From Azolla caroliniana (lineage: Eukaryota; Plantae; Polypodiophyta): a stretch of DNA of 64,000 nucleotides. Shown piece after piece: positions 38,242 to 51,234 of this stretch. The stretch covers positions 1-64,000 of the forward strand of contig JBHGNT010000146.1 in NCBI GenBank assembly GCA_043228905.1, read 5' to 3'. A program made the position numbers and the translations under genes. The notes under the pieces were generated by a model. That model worked only from the letters and a program-made list of their open reading frames with translations, had not been told where the DNA came from and did no database searches. Position 1 is the stretch's first letter; the number at the start of each line of letters is the position of its first letter.

Positions 38242-39639
38242 ATTTTACTACCAAAACATTACAGAAAAAGTCAATTTTGTAGAGAGAGCATCCTATCTCA
38301 TCATTTTATGAGGTGAATCATTGTATTCATATCATCTAGTAAAGTGTCAATGCATGTGTCCATGCATGGTGTAGAGTATGAGTGTAGAATTGTATATGAA
38401 GCATAAGTTGCAACTCTTGCTTATGACATCTTGATCAACCACCAAAGACTGCTTTTTGTCGTTTCTCTTCGTATCAAGTGATTAGTATCGATGGAGGAGC
38501 ATCCTTGCAACAATATTTTTGTTTAACGAGAAAAAAAAACCTCAAGTATTTAATGAGCCGTGATTTTAATATTTCTTGTATGATCATTTTCTTATGGGTT
38601 GTATTATAATTTTTATTCAATGAATTTATGATTTGTACCAAGGTCGTCATGCATTGATGCAATGGCAACCATTGGATGGTGGATTGAGTTTCTTCTGTCT
38701 TTAAGCAAATTTTGTGGCATTAGGTGTGGGGTCCCTGTTCTGTCCCAATTGTTACATAGACACCCCCATGAAATAGGGGCGTAACTTTGCAGTTATTATT
38801 AAAAGATTTGTATTGTTACAATCAATTGCCATAAGAAATTGGTTCCATTGTGTGGAAAATGAACCAACATGAGAAGTACTTGTCTTTGTTCCTAACATCG
38901 GGGAACTCATGGAAGGAGTAGGACTAGTTAGAGGCCTTACTCGGTTGTTTTTCCCGGGAAGGTCTCTCATCTAACTGATCTTCATGTTCCTGAAGGGTGT
39001 CTGTGAGCTCTTTGGGGAGTTGACTGAAGGCGGTATAGAAAGCGTGACCAATGAAGCTGACGAGTGAACAAGATGTAAAGATAGCGACCGAAGTTGCAAT
39101 TTCCATTGCTTTATAACCTAAGAAATATTAATTCCCATGAGATATAATAGTAAATTTCAATTGATTGAATATGATCTATGGCTACCAATTTGGTTGAGGA
39201 TACTCCCAAGGGTGTCATAGTAAATAACTTTTGTCACAATAATTGGTATTTAAATATAAAGTTAAAAATTTGTTGTTTTCTTACTATCCTTCAGCATTCC
39301 CTCCATTTAATTTATATTTATTGTTCTTACATTTTGCCATTCTCTAATTTTTGTTTTGTTTGCGTTTTCTAGCATGAAATAGTGCTCTTTCTTTCAAAAT
39401 GTTGTTTGAAGTATGGGAAAACATGTATTTGAAATATTGAGTTTTCCTTTTTCTGGTAATGTTTCATTGCAATGTGAACCTCATCTATCACAAACTAGCA
39501 TTTGAATTTGTTGTACTACTTTTAAGTTCATTGTGAAGTCATTTGACAATCAAACAAGATTCATTTTGACTCCCTTGGGTAGCCAGTTGTAGTCAATATT
39601 GCTATGCTGCAACAAATTTTCTTTCATAAGCCTTACCAG

Positions 39640-40420
39640 GAAATACTAGTAGTGTATCTTCGACACTTGGTTGCTTGACGAACCCTCATCGTGCCATTCT
39701 CTTCGCTTGTCAAAGTGGCTACACACTCTCTTAATTGCGGCCCAATCCAAGATGCCTCTCATAAGCATTTTGGCTTTATAAGCCTCCAAGTAGCACGAGA
39801 CATCTTTCCTGTTGAAACGCCTTGATGCACCGATGATGGTCTTTATGGCCAATCGTGCTTTCTCGTGCATGCATCAACCCGTTCATGGTTGTTGCCATCA
39901 TCTCGGCAAGATCTCCTCCTTTCTTCTTGAATCCTCCCTTGTAGCTCTTTCACGTTGCGTTCACCAAATTATGTTGTGATAACATGTGTGTGTGTGCTAC
40001 TCGAACAGGATCACGAGGGTCTTGGACTAGGGAGGTCACAAGGGTTGAGAAGGCGTGGAGGATAGGCCTTGAACTCAAAGGCTCCTCAGACTCGTAGGGA
40101 GCGCATAGTCAAACAGAGCTTAAACTCAGGGAGAGAACTATCATGAACTTTACTCCCTCTCTCTCCCTTGCGTAAACCACGATTAGTACGTGAGGTTAGA
40201 GTAATAATGAGCGATTAGGAAAGAGGAGCCTATTCCTAGATCAGGAGCATTCAATTAAAGAAACCAAGAATTAAACCAAGAATTGACAAGAGATTTTACA
40301 AAATGAGGAGCTTGAATTATAGGTTAAATCATTCAATTAAACAAGGAAACCCCTTTACACCTTAGAGTGAATAGCGGTATAGGCAAGTTGTTACAACGGT
40401 GGTGGAAATGCCAACCACTC
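39640..40420 (-). mobile_element. Ty3/gypsy remnant: LTR end, tRNA-Trp PBS and gag fragment
   Basis: Minus-strand ...CAACA (39972), then TGGTGAACGCAACGTGA (39966-39950), then the gag-like fragment RFNRKDVSCYLEAY. Confidence 0.6.
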
Positions 40421-40462
40421 TTCAAGCAGCTTAGAAGGAAGGGTGGAGAGGAGAAGAGAGAT

Positions 40463-40870
40463 TAAGTAACAATAGGCAATAGTTCGGTTCGGTTTGAGTA
40501 TCAAAATCGAACCGGTTTGAAACCAAATCGTTAAAAAAATTTGAAACTTGACCTAAACGAATTGAGCCACAAAACTATTCAAACCGAACCATTAAAAAAA
40601 ATCCAAACCATTAAACCGTTAAAACCGTGGTTCAGTTTCAGTTTTCAACTTAGATCAAAATTCAAAATTTAAATTTTTTTCATTATTTTAAATTTTAAGT
40701 TTTCAAAAATTTAAAGGTTTTCCTAAAATGTGAGATTAGGCTTAAATTTTTAATTTTCTTTTTAAAAATTAAAAATTAAAACTATTAAACCATTTAAACT
40801 GCACTTTCTAACCGTTTAAACCGTTATGTCTAGGTTTGGTTTGGTTCAAACCGAACCGTTATCGACTATT
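40463..40870. mobile_element. MITE-like element with AACCG/CGGTT subterminal repeats
   Basis: Inverted ends AATAGGCAATAGTTCGGTTCGGTTTGA / TCAAACCGAACCGTTATCGACTATT. Confidence 0.6.
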
Positions 40871-41360
40871 AAGATTATTTGGCGTGCTATTACAACGATG
40901 GTGGAAAGGCCAACCACTAATCAAGCAACATGGAAAGAAGGAAAGCGAGGAGTGGGATTAAGCTTCTGGTGAATACGAGATGAGTGGGTTGTTGAGACCA
41001 TTGCTACCATTGATGGCTTCGATGCTATGAGTTGAGGTAGTGTTCTTAGGCCACTCCGTTCACTCTTTGTGTGACTACAAGCTCGATGATCCACTTCCTT
41101 TTATAGGAAGAATGTCCCTAGAGGGTGCTCCTTTGCATTCAATGCTTCCTTAAACATGTCCTTTATTCCCTTCAATTCCTTTTCATAGACCGTTGCCCCC
41201 TTTTCTTTACATTTTTCTTTTCCCCTTTTCACATCTCTCTTCTTTTTCCCATGCGCTTCCACCCTTTGTTTTCTCACTTTTTACCTTTGGCCACACAACA
41301 TCACTTCAACTTGTGCCTCCTTCTTACCCAAAGCTATGATCCATGTCAATACACGATGGT

Positions 41361-42350
41361 ATAAGTAACAATCGGCAACAGTTCGGTTTGAACCGAACTA
41401 AACCGCGAAACCGCGGTTTAACGATTAAAATGGTTTGGTTCGGTTTCAAAAGTTAGAACCTGCGGTTTAAACGGTTTAACGGTTTTTATTTTTTATTTTT
41501 TTAAATTTAAAAAAATATTTAAAAAATTTGTTTTTAAATCATCTTTTCATTTTCATGCCTTATTCTCACATTTTAGGAAAATCTTTAAATTTTTGAAATT
41601 TTAAATAATGAAATATTTTAAAATTTAAAATTTTAATTTTAAATAATGCTTTCATGATTGATAGAAGGCATGAGGGTGAAGACAATATGTGAAGGAAGAA
41701 GTTGACGAGCATTCTTATGTGGAATTTCTAGATGTTAAGAGCATGTAGGGATATTGGCTTCAAGTGCATATTAGCAATGGGCCTGGTTCGGTTTCGGTGC
41801 CTTGAAACCAAACCAAACCAAACCCTTTATATAAAACAAAAACCAAACCAAACCGTTTATGAACATTTGAACATTTAAACCAAACCATTTAAAAAAAAGG
41901 TAAACTAAACCATTTAAACCAAAACCGTTTAGGGAAAAGTTAAAACCAAACTGAACCATTTAATAAATTTTTTTAACCTAACCACATTTAAGCCAAGCTA
42001 ATTAAAAAATTAATTAAATAAAAATACACAAAAATTAATAAGTATTTATGTTAAAATAAATAAATAAGATTAATTGAGCCATTAGATTAAATCAACAATT
42101 AAGTCAAGTGAATTAAACCAATGAAAAACATTAATTAAACCATTAAATTACATAAACATTTAATGGATAAAAAAAGATAGCCCAAAAACCTATAAACGTA
42201 TAAAACCCTAGTTTCAAAACCGAACCGAACCGAAACCGAATCGTTTATTATTAATTAAAAACCAAACCAAACCATTTAATTATTTTGGAACTTATAAACC
42301 TTTAAACCACGGTTTAACGGTTCGGTTCGGTTTTTATATTAGCATGTCCC
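41361..42350. mobile_element. Related AACCG-rich MITE-like element(s)
   Basis: Begins TAAGTAACAATCGGCAACAGTTCGG, like the element at 40463, and is dense in AAACCG/CGGTTT motifs. Confidence 0.55.
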
Positions 42351-42469
42351 TCTCCGTAACATATAGGCTAGATAGATAGAGGAGACTAAGTAAGAAGGGT
42401 TTTTTAACAAGTGGGCTTTCCGTACAATTAATATAATTGTGTGCCTTTAGCGAGAGAGAGAGAGAGAGA

Positions 42470-42580
42470 GCCCAAATGGATGTAGCTCAGTTGGTAAGGT
42501 TGCCCAATGGAGACCAAGTGGTCATGGGTTCAACCCCTACATTCCACAGTGGCATCTAGTGAATTAAGAGATATATATAT
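42470..42580 (+). mobile_element. tRNA-derived SINE or tRNA pseudogene
   Basis: A-box TAGCTCAGTTGG (42483-42494) and B-box GGTTCAACCCC (~42527-42537), imperfect acceptor stem, no clean anticodon arm, followed by an (AT)n tail. Confidence 0.6.
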
Positions 42581-42592
42581 GCAGTATATAAT

Positions 42593-42975
42593 AGAGAGAA
42601 GTGAGAAAATTGGGTTTCTAACCCAAGACATAGTGCTTGTAGTGTTAACAATTTACCACTAAGGTAAACTAATTACATAAAAATAAGAGAGAGAGAGAGA
42701 AGTGAGAAAATTGGGTTTCTAACCCAAGACATAGTGCTTGTAGTGTTAACAATTTACCACTAAGGTAAACTAATTACATAAAAATAAGAGAGAGAGAGAG
42801 AGAATATCTGCTTGTAGTGTTAACAATTTACCACTAAGGTAAACTAATTACATAAAAATAAGAGAGAGAGAGAAAATTGGGTTTCTAACCCAAGACATAG
42901 TGCTTGTAGTGTTAACAATTTACCACTAAGGTAAACTAATTACATAAAAATAAGAGAGAGAGAGAGAGAATATCT
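42593..42975 (+). repeat. Near-perfect ~105 bp tandem repeat (about 4 units) upstream of the BRIZ gene
   Basis: TGCTTGTAGTGTTAACAATTTACCACTAAGGTAAACTAATTACATAAAAATAAGAGAG is repeated four times, with units joined at (GA)n. Confidence 0.9.
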
Positions 42976-43193
42976 TTAGAGTTCGAGTTCTTAAAGATCG
43001 AATTTTGTTTTTTGAGGAAGACAAAAAGGATTTGATTTTTTGTGGAATTATGGGAGGTTTTTATGAAGGGAGAAAGCAAAAGCAAGAAAAGCAAAAGGCA
43101 AAAGGTAAAAAGCAGAAAAGCAAAAAAAAGCAAGAGGCAAAGAGTAAAAGGAATGAAATGCTTTTTTGCTTTCGTTTTTGAAGGTTGTGGGCG

Positions 43194-46100
43194 ATGGAAG
43201 AAAACGAAGAAGAAGAAGAAGAAGAAGAAGAAGCAGAAGGAGAAGGAGAAGGAGAAGCAGGGGAGGGATCGAGGGCTGAGGTGAAGTGGAAGTCTGAGAG
43301 GAAGAGGAGCCCGATGAGATCTGGCGATGGCGATGGCGACTTAACAGAAGAAAAAGAAGAAGATAGAACCCTAGAATTCGACATTAACAGAACTACATCA
43401 TCAACAACAAATACGACGAGTGTTAGCTTCTCATCAGGAAACCCTCGCGTCGAAACAACGCGTGGGGTTATTCAACTATTCAGAAACATCTCTTCTTCCT
43501 CTTCGGTGCTTGATGAAGCTCTCCCGGTTAGTGATTGATTCCGACTGCTGCTTCCCCTCTTCATGTAAATTTTCCATTTTTCTGCTCTTGTTTTCCCTTC
43601 TATTCTCTACGAAGATTTTTTCTATTTTTTTCCTCGTTTTTTATTTCCCCATTCTTGTTCTGCTATTAAGTTTTTTCTTTTTCCTTTTAATTTTGTCACT
43701 GTAAAGAATTATTTAATCGATTTGATTTCGTTTTTCATTGTCCGTATTAGTTGAAGTCAATGACTATATTTTGTAGAACCCATGCTATAATTTTTAGATC
43801 TTCTTGATTGTGCGAGTGTTGATGGAAAAAACAATCTACACTGACAGCACGGTAGTTTTTGTACCTACCTTGGCTTGTATGGACGTTGATGTATGAATTT
43901 TTACCTACTCTTAAAAACTGATTTATGTTTTTCAATCTTCTTGATTCTGTTACTGTTCAACAAATCCACTGCAATTTCAGGTCAAATCAAGGCAAAATTA
44001 AAAAACCAGGCCTCTATTTTGCATCCTTATAAAGGAAGTGCCATTTTTCCAATGAAGTATAACCTAAACTCTGGAGAAATATTTCACATGATCAAAATCA
44101 TGAATCGATACCATGAGAATTTACAAAGTACGAGATATATGAAAATATTGATCAATGACAAACATGACCCTGTATTGAAAGGTCATATGTAAGATCAGCC
44201 ACGTGAGAGAGCTGACATATACAGTATTATTATCTACATATGTGGAATCTTTTTCCTTATAATTATGCATTTGTGCCGTGCTTGTTTATTTAATAGAAAC
44301 AGTCAGCCTTATCCATTTTGTTGTGTGTGCTTTACCTTCTTCTTCCTCTATTTGGAAAATATAGCACCATAAATTCAAGTTTCCACTTTACTTGTGTTGT
44401 AGTTGTTTCCAACACTCAGTTTAACCTGACCTCTGCAAGCTTACAACATGCAACTTTTCATGTTTCTCAGGTCAATCGCAGCGCGCATGTATGTGTACTT
44501 GCAATTCCAAACCATATGACAGGTGCTGAATTTTGCCAGTTTACTGGGGCCTTTCTCCAAGATGTAAAAGAAATGCGGTTTGTGAGGTGACCATTTGATA
44601 ATTCTGTTGTGTTACAAACTCACAGTAAATGTGACATTTAAAATGCAGATGTAGGGTTTTCTTCCATTATTCTAATTCCCACCTTACTAGTGCATTGTGT
44701 ATCTTATTTTACAGAAATGATGGATCGAGTGACAGATATAGTGCTCTAATAAAGTTTGACAGTCAGAAATCCGCCGATGATTTTTTTAAGCACTATAATG
44801 GGAAGCTTTTCTCATCATTTGAGGTTTGACTAATTTTTAAAATGTCTTCTCTTGCTTGGAGAGAACAGGTCTTATAATAGATTGTTGTATTATTTAATTA
44901 TAGGAAGAAGTCTGCCATGTGCTATTCACTGCAGATGTGGAGTATACTAATTCAATTGAAGAAGCTTCTAGTCCGCCGATTGGTTCGACTGAGCTTCCTA
45001 CATGTCCATTTTGTTTGGGTAAGAACAATGTGATCATGAAATTGTTATATAAGTATATGTGTGTATAAGTCAATAACATGCATCACCTAGAAAAATATTC
45101 AGTAGCATATCAAAGATATGTTAAAATTAGTAGAAAAGTATTCCTGGCAGCCACTTGCAGATGTACTCTAGCCTATGGAAAACAATGTTGAACTGCAAAA
45201 GTTAGTCTTCATGCATCTGATATGAACTTAGAGGGGGAAGGTGAATTGTGATGTTATTACCTACAGCTGTCCAAATAACTCACAAAGTTAAATGCTGCAT
45301 TTCACGTTTTAATGCAAGATTTCATATCTAGCTATCTCGTCCATATACCAAAGATAATAAAAAAAATTCCTCCCAAAAATATAAATAACCCTGTATATCA
45401 AGATATTTGCAAGAATTCTTTGGTAATTCTACAATGATATTGAAGGTACCACATGGATTAAACATGTTAACCACATCTAAGATGGCGATTATTGGGAATA
45501 AGCTATCTTGCTACTGTGTAATAAATGGGAGACAAGGAGAACCACAAGAATGAATCATGATCAAAGTAGTTGTGGTTTGAGAGGTAATTTTTCTTCCGGA
45601 ACATGGAGCCTCTTTTGCTACCATTTCAACATTGTGTCCTTTACCCCAAAGCTTTTAATTGATCTTTATATTGAAGATTGGCACACATTTAGATAGTTGT
45701 AGCCTAGCATGAGTGTGGTCTGGATCTTGCCAAGCTGCATCCTTACATGTGTGGATATACGATTATTAATATTATGCCTTTGATTAGCGGTTAAAAGAAA
45801 ACCACACTTCTTGAAGTTGATTAATAGTCCAATAGTTGTCCTACAAAATCCTCTAGAGCACTTGGATTGCTTTGGTTGTCTCTAGTATTTGTGATGACAA
45901 TGAGTGTTTTTTTATCAAGCAGAGAGTTCAGAAAATTGGATGTCTGCTATGCAATCAGAATATGATGCTATTTTGAAAAATGCTACTTGGTCATTTGCTT
46001 TGAAGCAAACAGCCCATTTGCATTAAATGGGTCATAAATAGATGTCATTTCCCAACTTCAGTGGTGGAAAGGCCATTTGCACTAGATGCTTGTTGCCTAA

Positions 46101-49100
46101 GCTTGATAAAAATATTGATGGACATAAGGCTATGCTCAAAAGAAGGGCATTTTTTTATGAGACCTTTCCCCCCATCTGACAACCATTCGTAGCATTTGTG
46201 CACTTGCTGCAGCTCTTCATAGTCGAAATGTAGATCAGTTGGACATTAAAACTGCATTTCTACGTAATGATCTATATGAAGGAGTGTATGTATCTCAACC
46301 CTTTGGATTTGTGCAGGAAAGGCCTGAAAACAAAGTATGATGCTTGCGTAAGGGATTGTATGGATTGAAGCAAGCACAACATGCTTGTTATGAAAAGCAA
46401 CATGCCTACTTACTAGAACATGGATTTGAGAACAGTCCAACTGAGAGAAATTCATATGTCAAGTGTGCAGATGGGTACTTCTGATCATGGTTGTATATCT
46501 TGATCACATGCTACTCATTGTTCCTAATGAGAAGCATATTGCTAATTTGCATGTGTGAGAAAAGCTGTTACTAGCAACAGCCGAACAGTTGGAAGAAAAA
46601 ATAGACACAGCCAAGCTGTGAGAAGGCTGTTAGACAGCAGTGGTAAAATAGTTGCAAAGAGTAGAGACACAGCAAAGAGCAGAGCCTGTTAGTAATTTCA
46701 TCAAAATTGAAGTTCTTACAAAAGAGTCTGGTATAGCCTATTTATACAAAATTGGAAAACGTAGGTCAAATGGTTGTTTGGTAGTCAAGTGACTCTTGAA
46801 CTACCAAACAGGTACAATAAATGAGGAATAAGAGAGAATAATCTTGGAAAAGTGGAAGAGAGAGAAGGCATTTAAAGAGTTGCAGATTTAGAGAGAGAAG
46901 AATCTAGTAAGAGAGACAATTTAGAGGAGAGATAATAAAGAGAAAGAGAGTGCAGGTCTAGAGCTGCCATCCTCCAACATGCCCCTTTTGAGAAGCTAGA
47001 TTTGGGTCATTTGAATCATTATTCGGGTGTTCAGTTTAACAAGCTGATAGAAGAGTAGCATTGTATCAAACAAACATTGATATATTATTATGATGTTTGG
47101 ATCTTGCTATTTGAAAGGTACTCATCATCTTCCTTTATTCCAAGGGGGAACTTAATCACCAGGGTTACATGCTTTCTCTAACGCAGATTAAGCTGGTTGT
47201 TATGAGACTCATGTGTCCATTGGTGTTTTTTGTTTCATGATTGGCAGCCCATGCATATCCTGGTTGAGCAAGCAGACTACTATGGTCACTTCTAGGGCTT
47301 CTAGTTACTTTTGAGGTTACTAACTTGTGGATTGATTGTATTCCACATAGCTTGCATTGCCTATAATGAGTGTGAGTTCTGTGCTCATCACATCACCAGT
47401 GGGAGGGATTTGTTGATATATTGTGATAGTGATGGGTGAACACAGTTATGAAATGTAGGGATTTTTAGCCTCTTTAGAACTTTTTTACCCTAGCCCAAAA
47501 GTATAACCCTTACCATCACGGCACTCAGGTGTGCTGCATTCTTTAAATATACTGTCCTATTTTCTGTTGTGTGTTTCTCTAGCAACAGAATCGAACGAAT
47601 GCCCCAATCATTGTTTCAAGGTTCTTGACATCTTCTTGTGGGCTTACCTTTTCAGCCCAGCCAACAACTTGTACATATAATGCACAAGGTTTCCTTTTGG
47701 TTTCTGCTTCTTATGTGGTGTTCATCACTTCCTTCTTATATATTGGTGCTCCTTTTTGCTTTGTTACTGACCCTAACCAAGGAGCATTTTCTTTAATTTC
47801 TTTTAAGTATGCCCAAGTGTACAATTGTTGAGATGCATTTTTCATCCACCTCATATCCTTCTTATAATTGATTTTAATAGCTAGTAGTTTGACCTTACTT
47901 GAGGAGATACCATCCTTTAGGTACTTAGCCATGTCATTGTTGAGTTCTAAAATTGATTTCTTTATGAAACTTGCGATATCAATTTGTATAGCTTCTAATA
48001 ATTCTATCTTTAGAAGGGATGCAACTCTCCTTTCTGCTTCTCGATCTCCTTCTGCATTCCTTTTTCAAGGTTCTTTTTTTTATGGTTAATCTCTTGAGTT
48101 ATCAAATGGTGTAAGAGATTGTCTTTTCCTTCTTTGACATTCATTGGGACATGCATTTAGGGTGCCATCCAGCACCACCTAGGGTTCCCCCAATCCCGTC
48201 CTTTTCTTTTACAGTATTTTCTTAGCGTCCTTTATTAAGCTGACCCATCTTGATGGGTGTTGAGAGTCATGTCTTCATTCGCTAACTATTTGGAGTCCAA
48301 GGTCTTCCATAGGTAGGACAATGGGTACAAGGATGAGGTTTGAGATTGGGTTAAGCAAACATGGAGTGAACTGAGACAGAAAGAAAGATATATTAACATC
48401 TTTTAAGACACCAATATGGCCTATAGAACCAAACAAGAGATTATCTCTTAAAATGTTATCCCGTCTTTGAGAAATAAATGTAACTAAATAAAAATAAATG
48501 TGACTGAAGAATTCTGTTATCTGTACATGTATGACTCTGAAGTCAGATAGATTGTGATTTTTGTCCTCGAAAGATCTAGCTGACTTGAGAGGAAGAGGTA
48601 AAGTTATGGGTCACATGAAGGATAGGATTGAAAGGCTAAAGGTAGCCTGCCACTCTTTGGGTTTGGAGGCTTGAGGGAGGTTAAAAAATGAACACTTTTC
48701 TAACAGCAGCTTGAAATAGAACGATGCTTAGTATCACAAGGTGAGAACAAAGATAAAATTTAATGCTAGCATGGTATCCTCTTAGGGAAAAAATAAAGAT
48801 CCCTTTGCTCTGTAAGTAACTAATAAGTCTTTGGTGAAAAATTATAAAAATTAAGGTTCTTGAGTCTGAAGTAATTCCAACTAATGCCAAAGTAATGTCT
48901 AGCCCCTTATTCTATCTGAACATCTCTAAAGCACACTTACCAAATATGCATGGTTTGGATAGTGTCTGAGTATATTGCTGCCCACAATTCAGCAGCTGCT
49001 TTATCTCTGTAAAGCTCTTACATACAGCAGTACATTGCCTAGCGATGATGTTGGCGAGATCTTGAATATGCGAGGCTTTCCACGATCATTTTAATCCAAT

Positions 49101-51234
49101 AAAATGAGCTTGAAACAAGCTGGATAATGCAGATTAGATCTTGATAGTATTATGGATTTTTTTGTTTATTGTACTTGTATTTATTTTAAAGAGTTTGTCT
49201 TGCATGTATCTGAAATCCTGCGTCAGACCCTAATTTATATTTTGTAACGTGTATGCACGCTAATGATCTGCACTTCTACACATAAACCAATATCTATTAT
49301 GTATGTATGGTCATGATATTTGAACTTAGTTATTCATCTTGTCCTCACCTGCAGAAAGACTGGATCAGCATATAAGTGGAATCTTGACAACGGTATGTAA
49401 TCATACATTTCATTGTTCCTGTATTTCCAAGTGGACAGACTCGACATGCCCTGTAAGATCCCACACCTGAACTCTTTTAGTTTTTCCAGTGCTCTGAAGG
49501 TAATATTTTCACTGACCTGCTTTTCTGTTTTTTTGCAGGTCTGTAGGTATTGCCAAGAAGAGCCAGGGAAGTCCACGTGTACAATTTGTTCCACATCTGA
49601 GAATTTATGGATCTGTGTAATCTGTGGGTTTGTAGGATGTGGAAGGTAAGTCAGCGCCATTTTTAGGGGACAATTGAATCTGTTTCTTACTGTGTTTATG
49701 AATAGCATATGGTTTCTTTCAGATATCAGCAAGGACATGCAATCATGCATTGGAAAGAGAGTCAGCATTGCTACTCTCTTGAAGTTGAAACACAACGTGT
49801 ATGGGATTATGTGGGTGATGGATATGTTCATCGTTTGATTCAGTCGAAAACAGATGGGAAGCTTGTAGAACTAAATGCACCCTGCAGAGGAAGTGGGGAA
49901 TGTGGTGGTTGTGATTGCAGCCATGAATCGGAAATGGCCGAAGCATTAATGAATAGCAAAATAGATGGAGTGAGTGTTCTGATACATGCAAAATTTGTCA
50001 ATGATGTCTTTATCCAAAAAACAAAGGTTCACTGTCTGACAGAACTTCTAATTCCAACCTTGGTTTTGTCAATCTTTGACATAGATAGCTGCCCAATATA
50101 ACCAACTTCTCACTAATCAGCTGGAGAGTCAAAGACAGGTTGTTTGTGTAAACCTTGTATGACTTATCATGTATGTTACTGTTAACCTTTCTTTGTTTAC
50201 ACAAGCTGATAGTGATTAATTTCTAGTACTATGAAGGTCTTCTTGCAAAGACAAAGGAAGAAATAGATTTGGCTGTTTCTCAAGCTGTGGAAAAAGCTGC
50301 GAGTCTGAAGTCACAAAAACTGCAGGCAAAGCTAGAGGAAGTTGAGCGAGAGACACAATTTCTTTTAGAAGTTAGTATCTATTTTTGTATTCAAACCAAA
50401 AAGGGAAGTGGATATCAATTGAGTGCAATTAACATAATAGCTGCCCATATTGCTGTAACTCTGAAGAGGTAGTTGCTAGTGCTTTCGTTTATAGTTTGTC
50501 TCAAAACAGGTCAATGCATCCATGAAGGCAAACCAAGATTCTTGGAGGGCAGCAATCAAGGAAGCTGAAATAAGGTAGGTCGGCTCACAAGAGCTTTATA
50601 GTCTAAAACCCACTCAAAGCACATTGTCTTAATGTCATAACTTTTTCGCAGAGAAAAATCAGCTACTAAGGAGCGCGATGATAAAATTGCAGAGTTAGAG
50701 GAGCAGGTTTAGAAGAACTTACTTTAATTTAATATCGTCTTCATATGGCTGCTCATCTTTTCTTACTTGGAACTTACTTTCTCTAATCATGTTCTTTCTC
50801 GTTTGCCATTTTATCAATTTCTGCATAATGAAAGCGCATTAACATTTGTACTTCTGATCTGTCTCATATGCCGATTTGGGCCTCCAGTAGATGTTTGTCT
50901 CTACCTGTTTTTTCATATGGAGCAAATAGTAGTAATAGACTTGGGTTCAAATCCTGCCATTTACTACATTGTGTGGGATGCAGGGGTTGAACACATAACC
51001 TATTTACTCTTCTTCATTTAATCTCATACTGAAATACTCCATTGTAGTAACCATTATAAATGACCCACGTTTACTGGTTGCTAGGTAAGGGATTTCATGG
51101 TTTTCATTGAAGCTCAGAAGACATTGGAAGCAGCTAGCTCTTCCGATATACGCGATGGGACTATTTTAACATTGTCTGGTGCTGTACCTACTTCAAAACA
51201 ATATCTGAAAACTGCTGGTAGAAAAAGAAGATAA
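43194..51234 (+). CDS. BRIZ2: BRAP2 RING ZnF UBP domain-containing E3 ubiquitin ligase (BRIZ2-like), 12 exons, ~530 aa
   Basis: Exons 43194-43526, 44471-44586, 44715-44823, 44904-45018, 49355-49452, 49539-49645, 49723-49969, 50085-50138, 50227-50370, 50510-50574, 50652-50706, 51085-51234 (1593 nt, phases consistent). BRAP2 domain FSSGNPRVETTRG..PNHMT..FCQF, RING-H2 ELPTCPFCLERLD..CNHTFHCSC..CPVCRY, ZnF-UBP LWICVICGFVGCGRY..RVWDYVGDGYVHRL, and a C-terminal coiled coil. Confidence 0.93.
45870..47586 (+). mobile_element. Degenerate Ty1/copia RT-RNase H remnant in BRIZ intron 4, interrupted by an LTR-like insert (~46555-46990, -)
   Basis: WMSAMQSEY..KNATW, QLDIKTAFL, LYGLKQA and FSNAD.AGC..ISWLSKQ fragments. 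A purine tract and TGTTG...CAACA follow at ~47400-47586. Confidence 0.7.
48378..48580 (-). mobile_element. LINE 3' end (same family) in BRIZ intron 4
   Basis: AGAAAGAAAGATATATTAACATCTTTTAAGACACCAATATGGCCTATAG. Confidence 0.65.

Noticed and set aside
42477-42550. Functional tRNA gene
   Set aside because: The acceptor stem is imperfect and no convincing anticodon stem-loop forms.
42593-42975. CRISPR-like array
   Set aside because: No unique spacers and a eukaryotic context; this is an ordinary tandem repeat.
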